Virus record (IMG/VR): IMGVR_UViG_3300044739_000018
Span: 99,482 to 163,481 of that record
Direction: 5' to 3' (one strand)
DNA: 64,000 nt
From: a virus
A model generated the notes under the pieces. It was not told where the DNA came from. It saw nothing but the letters and a program-made list of their open reading frames with translations, and did not search any database. Position numbers and translations under genes: made by a program. Shown piece after piece: positions 7,176 through 14,572 of the stretch. Every line of letters begins with the position of its first letter. The stretch's first letter is position 1.

Positions 7176-7642
7176 ACCTCCCGACCGGGCGTGATCTAAA
7201 GCACCTTCGGTCGTGCATCCGAGACGCCAAAGAGTTCTCGACGTGCGCGAAGGCGCAGTACTTCTCCGTGATCGTGGACACACACGACTACGTGATCGGC
7301 ACGGGGTACAACGGAAGTCCGAAGGGCATGCCTCATTGCACGGATGGGGCGTGCCCTCGGGCGCTCAACCAACCGCCATCAGGCGGTGGGTACTCGGACT
7401 GCATCAGCATTCACTCCGAGGCCAACGCTCTCCTGCACAGCAACTACACGCAGCGGCGGGACGGCGGGACCCTCTACATCAATGGCCGACCATGCTGGGA
7501 TTGCGCCAAGCTGATCGCGAACAGCGGTCTGAGGCGAGTTGTCGCTCTCGATGACGGCAGCAAACGTGACTATCCCAAGGTCGATGACTTCCTGGATGAA
7601 GCGGGCATCGCCCTCATCCTCGTGACCCCGGAGGAACTGTGA
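7172..7642 (+). CDS. dCMP deaminase family protein
   Basis: TGYNGSP, HSEANA, PCWDCAKLI. Confidence 0.9.
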   Translation: MNLPTGRDLKHLRSCIRDAKEFSTCAKAQYFSVIVDTHDYVIGTGYNGSPKGMPHCTDGACPRALNQPPSGGGYSDCISIHSEANALLHSNYTQRRDGGTLYINGRPCWDCAKLIANSGLRRVVALDDGSKRDYPKVDDFLDEAGIALILVTPEEL

Positions 7643-8079
7643 TCGAGACTTACGCCGAGGCGGCGAAGCGGGCACAGCAGAACTTGGTTGACGTACTCAT
7701 CATGGCCGACGCCCTGCTGTTCTTCGGCAGCCTGGTCGCCCTGTTCCTGGCATGAGCTACCCGCCCGACTCCATGCGGCCCGGCGACAAGACAGTGCCGA
7801 ACACTGACCCCGATCTGGGCAGGATGCTGCGCACCTTCTCGGACGCCATGGACCAGTGGATTGCCCGTAGGAAAGAGTCAAGGAAAGAGGAACGCCAGTT
7901 CAAGCGCGTTCAACGTAAGTTGAAGCGACAGTACAAATGACACGTTTCCGCATCGAACACAGGTTCGGAGGCAACCCAACCGTCGAATACCGCGATTCCA
8001 TCTACACGGCGATGTGGCTCGTGGAGAAGTACCTGAACCTTGACGTGAAGCTCGTCATGGTCGAACGCATGGAGGAAGA

Positions 8080-8442
8080 TTGCGAATCGAAGTCGTCTAC
8101 CGAGGCGTCGTCATCGGAACCATCCACGACGCAGGAAGCAGACACACCCTCACCACCCCCTGCGTCATCGAGCGAAACGACGCCCTCAACATCAACGTCT
8201 ACGACGGACCCGCCGCCACCCCCAGCAACTACAACGTCCTGACCCAGATCGCCGCTGGCTTGGATCGGCAGGCGTCTGCAACAGAACGGATGGCGAACTT
8301 CCAGGGCAATATCGAGCGCGCCATCAACGAGGAGTTCACTTTCCTCCACGAGCAGTGCCGTGTGCAACAGGCCATCATCGACAAGTTGAATGTCGAGCTT
8401 GCGGCGTCGAGGGGAGGGGATGAAAGTGAACCTGCTGCGTGA
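8080..8442 (+). CDS. Hypothetical protein
   Basis: GGAGG SD, overlaps neighbours in operon fashion. Confidence 0.5.
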   Translation: MRIEVVYRGVVIGTIHDAGSRHTLTTPCVIERNDALNINVYDGPAATPSNYNVLTQIAAGLDRQASATERMANFQGNIERAINEEFTFLHEQCRVQQAIIDKLNVELAASRGGDESEPAA

Positions 8443-8626
8443 GATCTGCCACGGTGCAACACTCGTTGCGGAGTTCTGGATCTACGGTGCCGCGTACGCC
8501 CTCGCACAGCTTCTGACCTGGGATGATGACGATTTCCGCAGGCCCTTCGAAAATCAGTTGGTGCCCGCTCCAGAAGTCGCTATCGTCTGATCGCTAAAGA
8601 AATTCCGGCTCGTTGCCGAAAACTTG

Positions 8627-8654
8627 TTGACATCCCGAGAACTAGGGGTAAGGT
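8627..8654 (+). promoter_or_regulatory. Putative SigA promoter heading the tRNA island
   Basis: TTGACA-N16-TAAGGT. Confidence 0.55.
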
Positions 8655-8905
8655 AGCAAACGCTATGACGCAGAACATGACCACCGAGCGATTCCAGGGG
8701 ACATCCCTCCTGTCGAGTCCCGTGGCCGCGTCTGCCTACCCGCAGCCCGTCCATGAGACGAAGCGGGAATTGGGCATCCAGGCGAATCGCCCGGATACCA
8801 AGTGCCTCACCTGGTAAAGACTCACCTGTAGGGGAGTACAACCAGAAAGGCACAAGGGACCAATAGGTCTCTCCCCTACATAGCAGACCAACAACTGAAT
8901 ATCAT

Positions 8906-8973
8906 ACGCCGGAGTCAAGGTGATCATCGGGTCTCCAAAACCCGTGGAGTGGGTTCGATTCCTACCCGGCGTG
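8906..8973 (+). tRNA. tRNA-Trp(CCA), reduced D-arm
   Basis: CGGGT-CTCCAAA-ACCCG; T-arm GTGGG-TTCGATT-CCTAC. Confidence 0.8.
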
Positions 8974-9114
8974 CAAGGAGAATGTACCTCCGGCGTCATA
9001 CGGAGTGAGGATCTCCAGCAGGCGATAGTCCGGTACCGAACATAACCCGGACGCATAGGCATCGGAAATGAAGTACCCCGGGAGGGGCGGTTACGGCTGT
9101 CCCTCCTGGGTCAT

Positions 9115-9197
9115 GGGTCGGTATGCAAACGGTGAAGCAAGCTGGCTGTAAACCAGTGACGTAAGAGACGTTGGGGGTTCGAATCCCTCCTGGCCCA
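9115..9197 (+). tRNA. tRNA-Tyr(GUA)
   Basis: GCTGG-CTGTAAA-CCAGT, long variable arm. Confidence 0.9.
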
Positions 9198-9322
9198 CAA
9201 ATCCGACGAGAACCTCGCTGTTGTGAGACAAACTGTTGTAGCAGGACCGTCCGTGAGCCGGAGGTTATAGGCCCGGACATAGAGGCGGTCTACGCGACCA
9301 GGAGGTCACTCATCGGAAGCAT

Positions 9323-9396
9323 GCTCCACTAACTCAATTGGCTAGAGTACCTGCCTCTTAAGCAGGGAGTTCAGGGTTCGAGTCCCTGGTGGAGTA
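9323..9396 (+). tRNA. tRNA-Lys(CUU)
   Basis: CCTGC-CTCTTAA-GCAGG. Confidence 0.92.
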
Positions 9397-9399
9397 CGA

Positions 9400-9470
9400 G
9401 CAGGAAGTTCCGGTTCAATTCCGGAGGCCGTGGCGCAAGCCAGGGTTTGGTGTAACGGCAGCACACCTGC
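9400..9470 (+). ncRNA. Circularly permuted tRNA-like (YrlA-like) module 1
   Basis: GCAGG, T-arm TCCGG-TTCAATT-CCGGA, acceptor closed by GCAA tetraloop, D-arm GTGT/GCAC, CCTGC. Confidence 0.6.
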
Positions 9471-9479
9471 GTTGTTCAC

Positions 9480-9553
9480 GGTCCTATAGATCAGATGGTT
9501 AGATCGCTACCCTGTCAAGGTAGAGGCCGCGGGTTCGAGTCCCGTTAGGACCG
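9480..9553 (+). tRNA. tRNA-Asp(GUC)
   Basis: CTACC-CTGTCAA-GGTAG. Confidence 0.92.
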
Positions 9554-9814
9554 CGCAAGTAATGGTGAAGCTGAACTGAAGCTCGCAGAGGGAACTGGAC
9601 TGTGAATCCAGGGCCACCAGTCTGGAACGAGCCGAAGGAATGCCCAAGCCTTGCTCCGCCAGTCGTCGGCCGACTGACATGCCTGTGATGACATATTGGG
9701 CTTCATGCCCTCGGGACCACCAGCGATAGCCGATGGGCGTCCTAAGCTGATGTGCCGAAATACCCGCCCAACTTCTTCGGGAGTTGGGATTGCGCCTTGA
9801 AGCGCAGCAGTCTA

Positions 9815-9889
9815 GTCTCGATGGTGAAATGGAGATCATTGCGGTCTACGAAACCGCCGTTAGAGGTTCGAATCCTCTTCGAGACGCCA
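9815..9889 (+). tRNA. tRNA-Arg(ACG)
   Basis: GCGGT-CTACGAA-ACCGC, CCA encoded. Confidence 0.92.
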
Positions 9890-9895
9890 CCACAC

Positions 9896-9972
9896 GTCGA
9901 TGTAGCTCAGCCGGACAGAGCGCGGGCCTCCGAAGCCCGAGGCCAGAGGTTCGAACCCTCTCATCGACGCCA
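9896..9972 (+). tRNA. tRNA-Arg(CCG)
   Basis: CGGGC-CTCCGAA-GCCCG, CCA encoded. Confidence 0.92.
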
Positions 9973-10361
9973 TGAAGATCCAAGGTTGGCTCGACTGGTT
10001 CCGCGAGCACGCTTTGCCCAGGGACACGTTCATCGAGAAGGTGACCGACCACGTGGGCAACGTCAGCCGGACCCGTGAAACCAAGATCAAGGTTCCTCGC
10101 CGTGCCCGCATGGACGAGATCGACAAGCTCCTGGCTGCGGCCAAGGGCGTGAAGCTCGATACCGAGATCATCGTTCCGGCCCATGCCGTGGCTGCGGAGG
10201 GGGCGACAACGACGATTCAGATGAATTGCGCTGACTGCAACGAACGTTGCAACGGAAGCGTGAAGACTTCCTGGCTCACCAGTCAGGCAGCAGGAGATCT
10301 AGTGAGGTGGCAGTGCGCCAAGTGCGGACTGGAGCAGTTTTGCAGTATCACGCCGCAGTAG
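9972..10361 (+). CDS. Hypothetical Zn-ribbon protein
   Basis: CADC...CAKC; ATG overlaps the tRNA CCA and the stop lies inside tRNA-Thr. Confidence 0.6.
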   Translation: MKIQGWLDWFREHALPRDTFIEKVTDHVGNVSRTRETKIKVPRRARMDEIDKLLAAAKGVKLDTEIIVPAHAVAAEGATTTIQMNCADCNERCNGSVKTSWLTSQAAGDLVRWQCAKCGLEQFCSITPQ

Positions 10362-10424
10362 CGTCAACGGTTAGCGCGCGTCCTTGGTACGGACGAAGTT
10401 CAGGTTCGATTCCTGACTGTGGCT
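10352..10424 (+). tRNA. tRNA-Thr(GGU)
   Basis: CGTCC-TTGGTAC-GGACG. Confidence 0.9.
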
Positions 10425-10557
10425 CTCGGAGTGTCGGGTACCAGTGATGGCCCGAAGCGACCTGCCCCCAAAGTACCGGTTGAGGGGACGGTTGTATCGA
10501 GCACTCCTATCCCGGGTGGTGGCGGGCTGGTAGCTCCAGCCCGCTGCTTCCCATCAC

Positions 10558-10629
10558 GTCTCTGTAGTTCAAAGGAAAGAACACGAGTTTCCTAAACTTG
10601 CGATGGGGGTTCGAGTCCTCCCAGAGACG
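10558..10629 (+). tRNA. tRNA-Arg(CCU)
   Basis: CGAGT-TTCCTAA-ACTTG. Confidence 0.88.
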
Positions 10630-10942
10630 CTCAAGCCAGTGGATGCCATCATGCCGTTGGAAGGGAACATCCGGCTGCGTAGTAGCCGTCCTGAAAGACG
10701 TTCGTGCGGGCATCGGCGGGTTCGACCCCCGTAGCTTCCACAACGAGGGAGCTTGCTGCCGGTGCAGCCCTGGCACATTGTATTTCGAGCGGATAGTGCC
10801 GATCTTTAGGTGAGCAGATCACCCCAGACCCTGGTGATTGGACTGGGGAATCTGTGCGCTATCGACACTACGAACTCAAGACGATCTTCATGGTTGCCTT
10901 TGTGGCCTTCGTAGTCATCAACCTCGTAATGGTGGTGGCTAT

Positions 10943-11353
10943 ATGAGCGGTGAAACCGAACAGCAGGTCAGTGGGTGGACAGTTGACACCCTGAATGAGC
11001 ACCTCCAGCGCATCATTGATGAGAAGCTGGCAGCTCAGGACGTGCTTATTACGGAGCGCGACCGCCGTTACGAACAACGCTTTGAGGCCCAAGAGAAGGC
11101 CATCCAGAAGGCGGAAACCGCGACCGAGAAGCGGTTCGAATCGGTCAACGAGTTCCGATCCGTGCTTTCGGACCAGACGAGGAGCTTCCTCCCTCGTGAA
11201 GAGTACAATCGTGCTCACACAGATCTGGCTAGCCGGTTGGATGAGGCGACCAAGAGTACCAACGAGAAGTTGGAACAGGCCGTGAAGACCCTTGAGAGTC
11301 GCATTGCCTCTCTCCAGCAGCAGCTCAACGCCGTCGAAGCGGTGGTGAAGTAA
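10943..11353 (+). CDS. Coiled-coil phage protein
   Basis: AQEKAIQKAETATEKRFESVNEFR heptad-rich sequence. Confidence 0.65.
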   Translation: MSGETEQQVSGWTVDTLNEHLQRIIDEKLAAQDVLITERDRRYEQRFEAQEKAIQKAETATEKRFESVNEFRSVLSDQTRSFLPREEYNRAHTDLASRLDEATKSTNEKLEQAVKTLESRIASLQQQLNAVEAVVK

Positions 11354-11571
11354 TGCCCGTCGTGACCTTGGGGACGCTGGCCGAGAAGCTGATCGCTGCC
11401 CAGACTGGCATTGACCAGATCCAGGTAGAACTCAGGAAGGTCAACGAGCAAGCTCTTGACCGGCGAGTCTCCAAGCTGGAAGACACCGTAAAGTTCTTGA
11501 GCCGCACAGTCGCCGCCACGCTCATTTCGGCCATAGGGTCGGCCATCCTCGCGGTGGTGATGTCCCGATGA
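11353..11571 (+). CDS. Small coiled-coil plus C-terminal TM protein (lysis-associated-like)
   Basis: RVSKLED followed by a hydrophobic C-terminus; translationally coupled. Confidence 0.55.
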   Translation: MPVVTLGTLAEKLIAAQTGIDQIQVELRKVNEQALDRRVSKLEDTVKFLSRTVAATLISAIGSAILAVVMSR

Positions 11572-11912
11572 ACGAAAAAATGGATGAGACAAAGGCGGAC
11601 TCCCGCTTCAATGGAGTGCGTGTCCTCGTCACCGCCATCATTGTCGGCGTATTGGCCGTGGCGGTATTCGTGTCGGCCAGCCTCCTGACGAGAGTGCCGA
11701 AGAACGCTCAGGATCTCCGAGAGCGGTGCGTGTCATCAAACCTGGCGATCCAGCAGTTCAACACCAAGTTCTCGCAGTTGGTTGACTTGTTCGACCAGTC
11801 GCTGGCAAACCCGGACCCGAACAGGCCACCGCCGTCGCCGGAGGTCCTTGCTCTTTACGCCGAGTTCAAAAAGCCCGTCCCTCTCATCAAGTGCGAGGAC
11901 GACGGCCGCTAA
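11568..11912 (+). CDS. Membrane-anchored protein (lysis-associated-like)
   Basis: N-terminal TM, two Cys; ATGA overlap. Confidence 0.55.
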   Translation: MNEKMDETKADSRFNGVRVLVTAIIVGVLAVAVFVSASLLTRVPKNAQDLRERCVSSNLAIQQFNTKFSQLVDLFDQSLANPDPNRPPPSPEVLALYAEFKKPVPLIKCEDDGR

Positions 11913-11922
11913 GTTTTCGTGA

Positions 11923-12101
11923 ACCCAAGCTCAGTAGGCAGAGTAGCCTTCAGGGGCCGGAGGTCGTGGGTGGGATTCCCACCGAGTCCATCATGAGTCG
12001 TCACTCGGGTGTAGCGCCGCCAGGCTGCCTACAGTGACGGTTCATCGTGGGGTCGTAGCTCAGTACCCAGAGCACCGTCTGGAACCTACGAAAGTGCGGG
12101 T
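11923..12101 (+). ncRNA. Circularly permuted tRNA-like (YrlA-like) module 2 with long hairpin extending the acceptor stem
   Basis: T-arm GTGGG/CCCAC, CGAGTCC pairs GGGGTCG, extension ATGAGT-CGTCACT/AGTGACG-GTTCAT, D-arm GCTC/GAGC. Confidence 0.55.
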
Positions 12102-12113
12102 AACACAACACCT

Positions 12114-12196
12114 GGAGAGATACCCAAGTGGTGAAGGGGACGGTTTGCTAAACCGTTAGGTCGAAAGGCGCGTGGGTTCGAACCCCACTCTCTCCG
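12114..12196 (+). tRNA. tRNA-Ser(GCU)
   Basis: ACGGT-TTGCTAA-ACCGT, long variable arm. Confidence 0.92.
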
Positions 12197-12273
12197 CGCT
12201 GGTGGGTATGCGGACTATAGGCGTGCATGCGCGCTTGGTCGTCCCGGCGCCGGGATGGCTGCCCACCGGATTC

Positions 12274-12543
12274 TTGAGATAGCCGGGTGACCGCGGCACG
12301 ACTTGATCGTGTCGAGGAAGGTCGGGACTCCACAGGACGAGGGAGCCAACGAGAGTTGGGCGGGCGTGAGCTTGCGGCTCTGCAACAGAGACGAGCCGGT
12401 TAAGTCCGGGTGAAACGGGCAACCCCCTGGAGCAACTTCATACAGAGGTCGCTGGTCCGGCGATAACCTCGGGTAGAAGGCTTAGATGGATGGTCACCGC
12501 GCTACATGCTGGCGTACAGAATCCCGCCTACAAGCTATCTCAG
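12274..12543 (+). ncRNA. rnpB: RNase P RNA (compact, ~270 nt)
   Basis: P1 TGAGATAGC/GCTATCTCA; CR-I GAGGAAGGTCGGGAC; CR-II/III ACAGAGA..GTGAAACG; GAGCAA; CR-IV AGATGGAT; CR-V ACAGAATCCCGCCTAC with P4 pairing intact. Confidence 0.9.
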
Positions 12544-12549
12544 TATCTC

Positions 12550-12636
12550 GGAGCGATGGCAGAGTCTGGTTGATTGCACCTGCCTTGAAAGCAGACGTGG
12601 GGTAACTCACCGGGGGTTCGAATCCCTCTCGCTCCG
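12550..12636 (+). tRNA. tRNA-Ser(UGA)
   Basis: CTGC-CTTGAAA-GCAG, long variable arm. Confidence 0.92.
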
Positions 12637-12791
12637 CTCGCCAACGTTCGTTGGCAAACCCGTACTCATTCCTAGTACCGCTACGCAATGTTAGTCCTCG
12701 TAACTATCCGCCTGGCTGACCTGCGGTTTTAACGTCCTCCCACCTGTTCAAACGTGTGGCCGGTACTAGACATGAGTACATGACTCACCTC

Positions 12792-12875
12792 GGAAGGCAT
12801 CCGAATTGGAGAGGAACCCGCCTCGAAAGCGGGCACGGTGTAACAGCCTTGTGGGTTCGAGTCCCACGCCTTCCG
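12792..12875 (+). tRNA. tRNA-Ser(CGA)
   Basis: CCCGC-CTCGAAA-GCGGG. Confidence 0.9.
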
Positions 12876-12904
12876 CTTTGACAACCCGATGTGACAGAGC
12901 AGTC

Positions 12905-12975
12905 TGTATCGTAGCTCAGTTGGATAGAGCGCCGCCCACAAGGCGGAGGTCGCAGGTTCGAGTCCTGCCGAACAC
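12905..12975 (+). pseudogene. tRNA-like gene (Val-CAC derived?) with 5-nt anticodon loop
   Basis: Intact D- and T-arms; CCGCC-CACAA-GGCGG; bulged acceptor stem. Confidence 0.6.
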
Positions 12976-13011
12976 TGGAACTCTCGAATGTGCGGGCGAG
13001 TCAATAACCTC

Positions 13012-13357
13012 GGGGCTGACAGGTTTCGACGGTGCAAGTGAAGCTAGGAGTGCGACCGGTCTTGGGCAGAGACCTAAAACGGCCTACCAAAAACAAACGA
13101 CAACGACATCGTTGCCGAGGCAGAGGCCGTCCTGGCTTCTGCTGCTCTCGCTACTGTCTGACAGTAGCTTGCGGGGAAGCCCATCCTTGAGATCCAAACG
13201 GGCATGTGACATGACTCTCAGGAAAGACTGAGTGGCGCTCCGTGAAATGCGGGCTGACAGCCGGAAAGACGGCACACTGGCCCGACAGTAAACGGGAATG
13301 GTCGTATCACAAGTAGTGAATCTGCAACGGACGTGGGTTCGAATCCCACCAGCTCCA
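13012..13357 (+). ncRNA. ssrA: tmRNA; predicted tag (A)DNDIVAEAEAVLASAALATV
   Basis: 5' GGGGCTGA..GGTTTCGAC, 3' GGTTCGAATCCCACCAGCTCCA, G3.U70 pair, tag ORF 13099-13161. Confidence 0.92.
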
Positions 13358-13358
13358 C

Positions 13359-13578
13359 GTGTATGCGCAACGAAAGGTTGGCTTAGAGGCAGCCATCCTA
13401 TAATGAGTGGGGTAACGGTCCATCTTGGCAGTAGCTGGGGTGGACCTCCGGGCAATACCGTTGGAGACAGCGAGTACGTCCGGGATCAGGTACGTGGGGA
13501 CTAGCCTGCCCATCGGTAACCGCTTTCTCCGTTCCTCGGAACCGCCCTTTGGCGTAATAGCACATCCTTGCGTGACAC
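13359..13578 (+). ncRNA. 23S rRNA GTPase-associated-centre (H43/H44, uL11 site) mimic with ~140-nt insertion
   Basis: AGGTTGGCTTAGAGGCAGCCATCCTATAATGAGT...GCGTAATAGCACA versus the rRNA pattern AGGTTGGCTTAGAAGCAGCCA..CTT.AAAGAGTGCGTAATAGCTCA; closed by GTGT..GCGCAA/TTGCGT..ACAC. Confidence 0.75.
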
Positions 13579-13582
13579 ACCT

Positions 13583-13665
13583 GGAGAGGACCCGAACGGT
13601 CAGGAGCCTCGTTGGAAGCGAGGTACGGGTGCAAGCCCTAGTGGGTTCGACCCCCACCCTCTCCG
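13583..13665 (+). tRNA. tRNA-Ser(GGA)
   Basis: CCTCG-TTGGAAG-CGAGG. Confidence 0.88.
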
Positions 13666-14028
13666 CTCCACATAGCGGGACGACAACTAATCGCGTTACA
13701 GGAAGTCGTTCTGCACGACCAAGGAGGTGAGTGAAGGTTATCAGCACCTACATCCGGTGGCATCAAGCTTCCGTTTGGAGCCTTCTCTCACACCGCAACC
13801 TGATCTGAAAGTGGTACGACCGGCCCGACAAGAGGCTACCCTCCTCAGCGTCCCGCCTCCCTGGCTCGGTGCCCGCATGCGTGCGGGCTTACCTGCGGTG
13901 TGATTCCTCAGGTGAGAGTGGTCGTGAATCCACGTGATTTGACGGTAAGCCAACGCTCGTTGCAGTGAGAACGTGGCTTCGCAGGAACAAGATGTCGGAA
14001 TGCTGAACTGGCCGTGACGGTGCAGTCG

Positions 14029-14099
14029 TTGGGATTCGTATATCGGTAGTACACCCGGCTTTGAACCGGGTGGAGTGGGTTCGACTCCCGCATCCCCCC
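14029..14099 (+). tRNA. tRNA-Gln(UUG), mismatched acceptor end
   Basis: CCCGG-CTTTGAA-CCGGG. Confidence 0.75.
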
Positions 14100-14148
14100 T
14101 TGAACGGAGACTGAAACACCTGATCCAAAGGTAACAGCGTTCCATCAT

Positions 14149-14222
14149 GCCCCCATCGTTTATGGGTAGGACATCAGCCTTTCAAGCTGATAGACAGGGT
14201 TCGAGTCCCTGTGGGGGTACCA
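14149..14222 (+). tRNA. tRNA-Glu(UUC)
   Basis: TCAGC-CTTTCAA-GCTGA, CCA encoded. Confidence 0.92.
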
Positions 14223-14223
14223 A

Positions 14224-14294
14224 GGCGCATTAGTTTAGTGGGAAAACAACTGGTTCTCAGCCAGTCGTCAGGAGTTCGATCCTCCTATGCGCTA
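14224..14294 (+). tRNA. tRNA-Glu(CUC)
   Basis: ACTGG-TTCTCAG-CCAGT. Confidence 0.88.
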
Positions 14295-14351
14295 CTCATA
14301 GCAACGGCTCCGTGGCTCCTCCATCGGTACACCCGATGAGAGGGGGTGAAC

Positions 14352-14513
14352 GTGCCCAAGTATCACAGAGTAACGGGAGCCACCCGCTGCTATGTCTGCG
14401 GCCAGCGTCTGACGCTGACCGACTATGACGACGGCGATGAGGTCATCGCTAGTCACATAGACAAGACTCACATGAGAGTCATCAAGGCTCTCATTCGTTT
14501 CGCCCGCTCCTAG
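14352..14513 (+). CDS. 53-aa C2H2-like Zn-finger microprotein
   Basis: GAGGGGGTG SD; CYVCG...HIDKTH. Confidence 0.5.
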   Translation: MPKYHRVTGATRCYVCGQRLTLTDYDDGDEVIASHIDKTHMRVIKALIRFARS

Positions 14514-14572
14514 CTGGCGGCCCGGCGACACCTGCCGTAAGTGGTGTGACGTGGGGGAGAGACCTCATCCAT

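Noticed and set aside
9746-9762. Hammerhead core (CTGATG...GAAA)
   Set aside because: The conserved A after CUGAUG and stem II are missing.
13473-13487. Sarcin-ricin loop mimic (AGTACGTCCGGGA)
   Set aside because: It lacks the GAGA tetraloop in register, and the bases fit better as the 3' strand of the CCGGGC/GTCCGG hairpin.
13359-13578. True rRNA gene or host contamination
   Set aside because: Only ~50 nt match 23S, they are split by an insert, and they are flanked seamlessly by phage tmRNA and tRNA.
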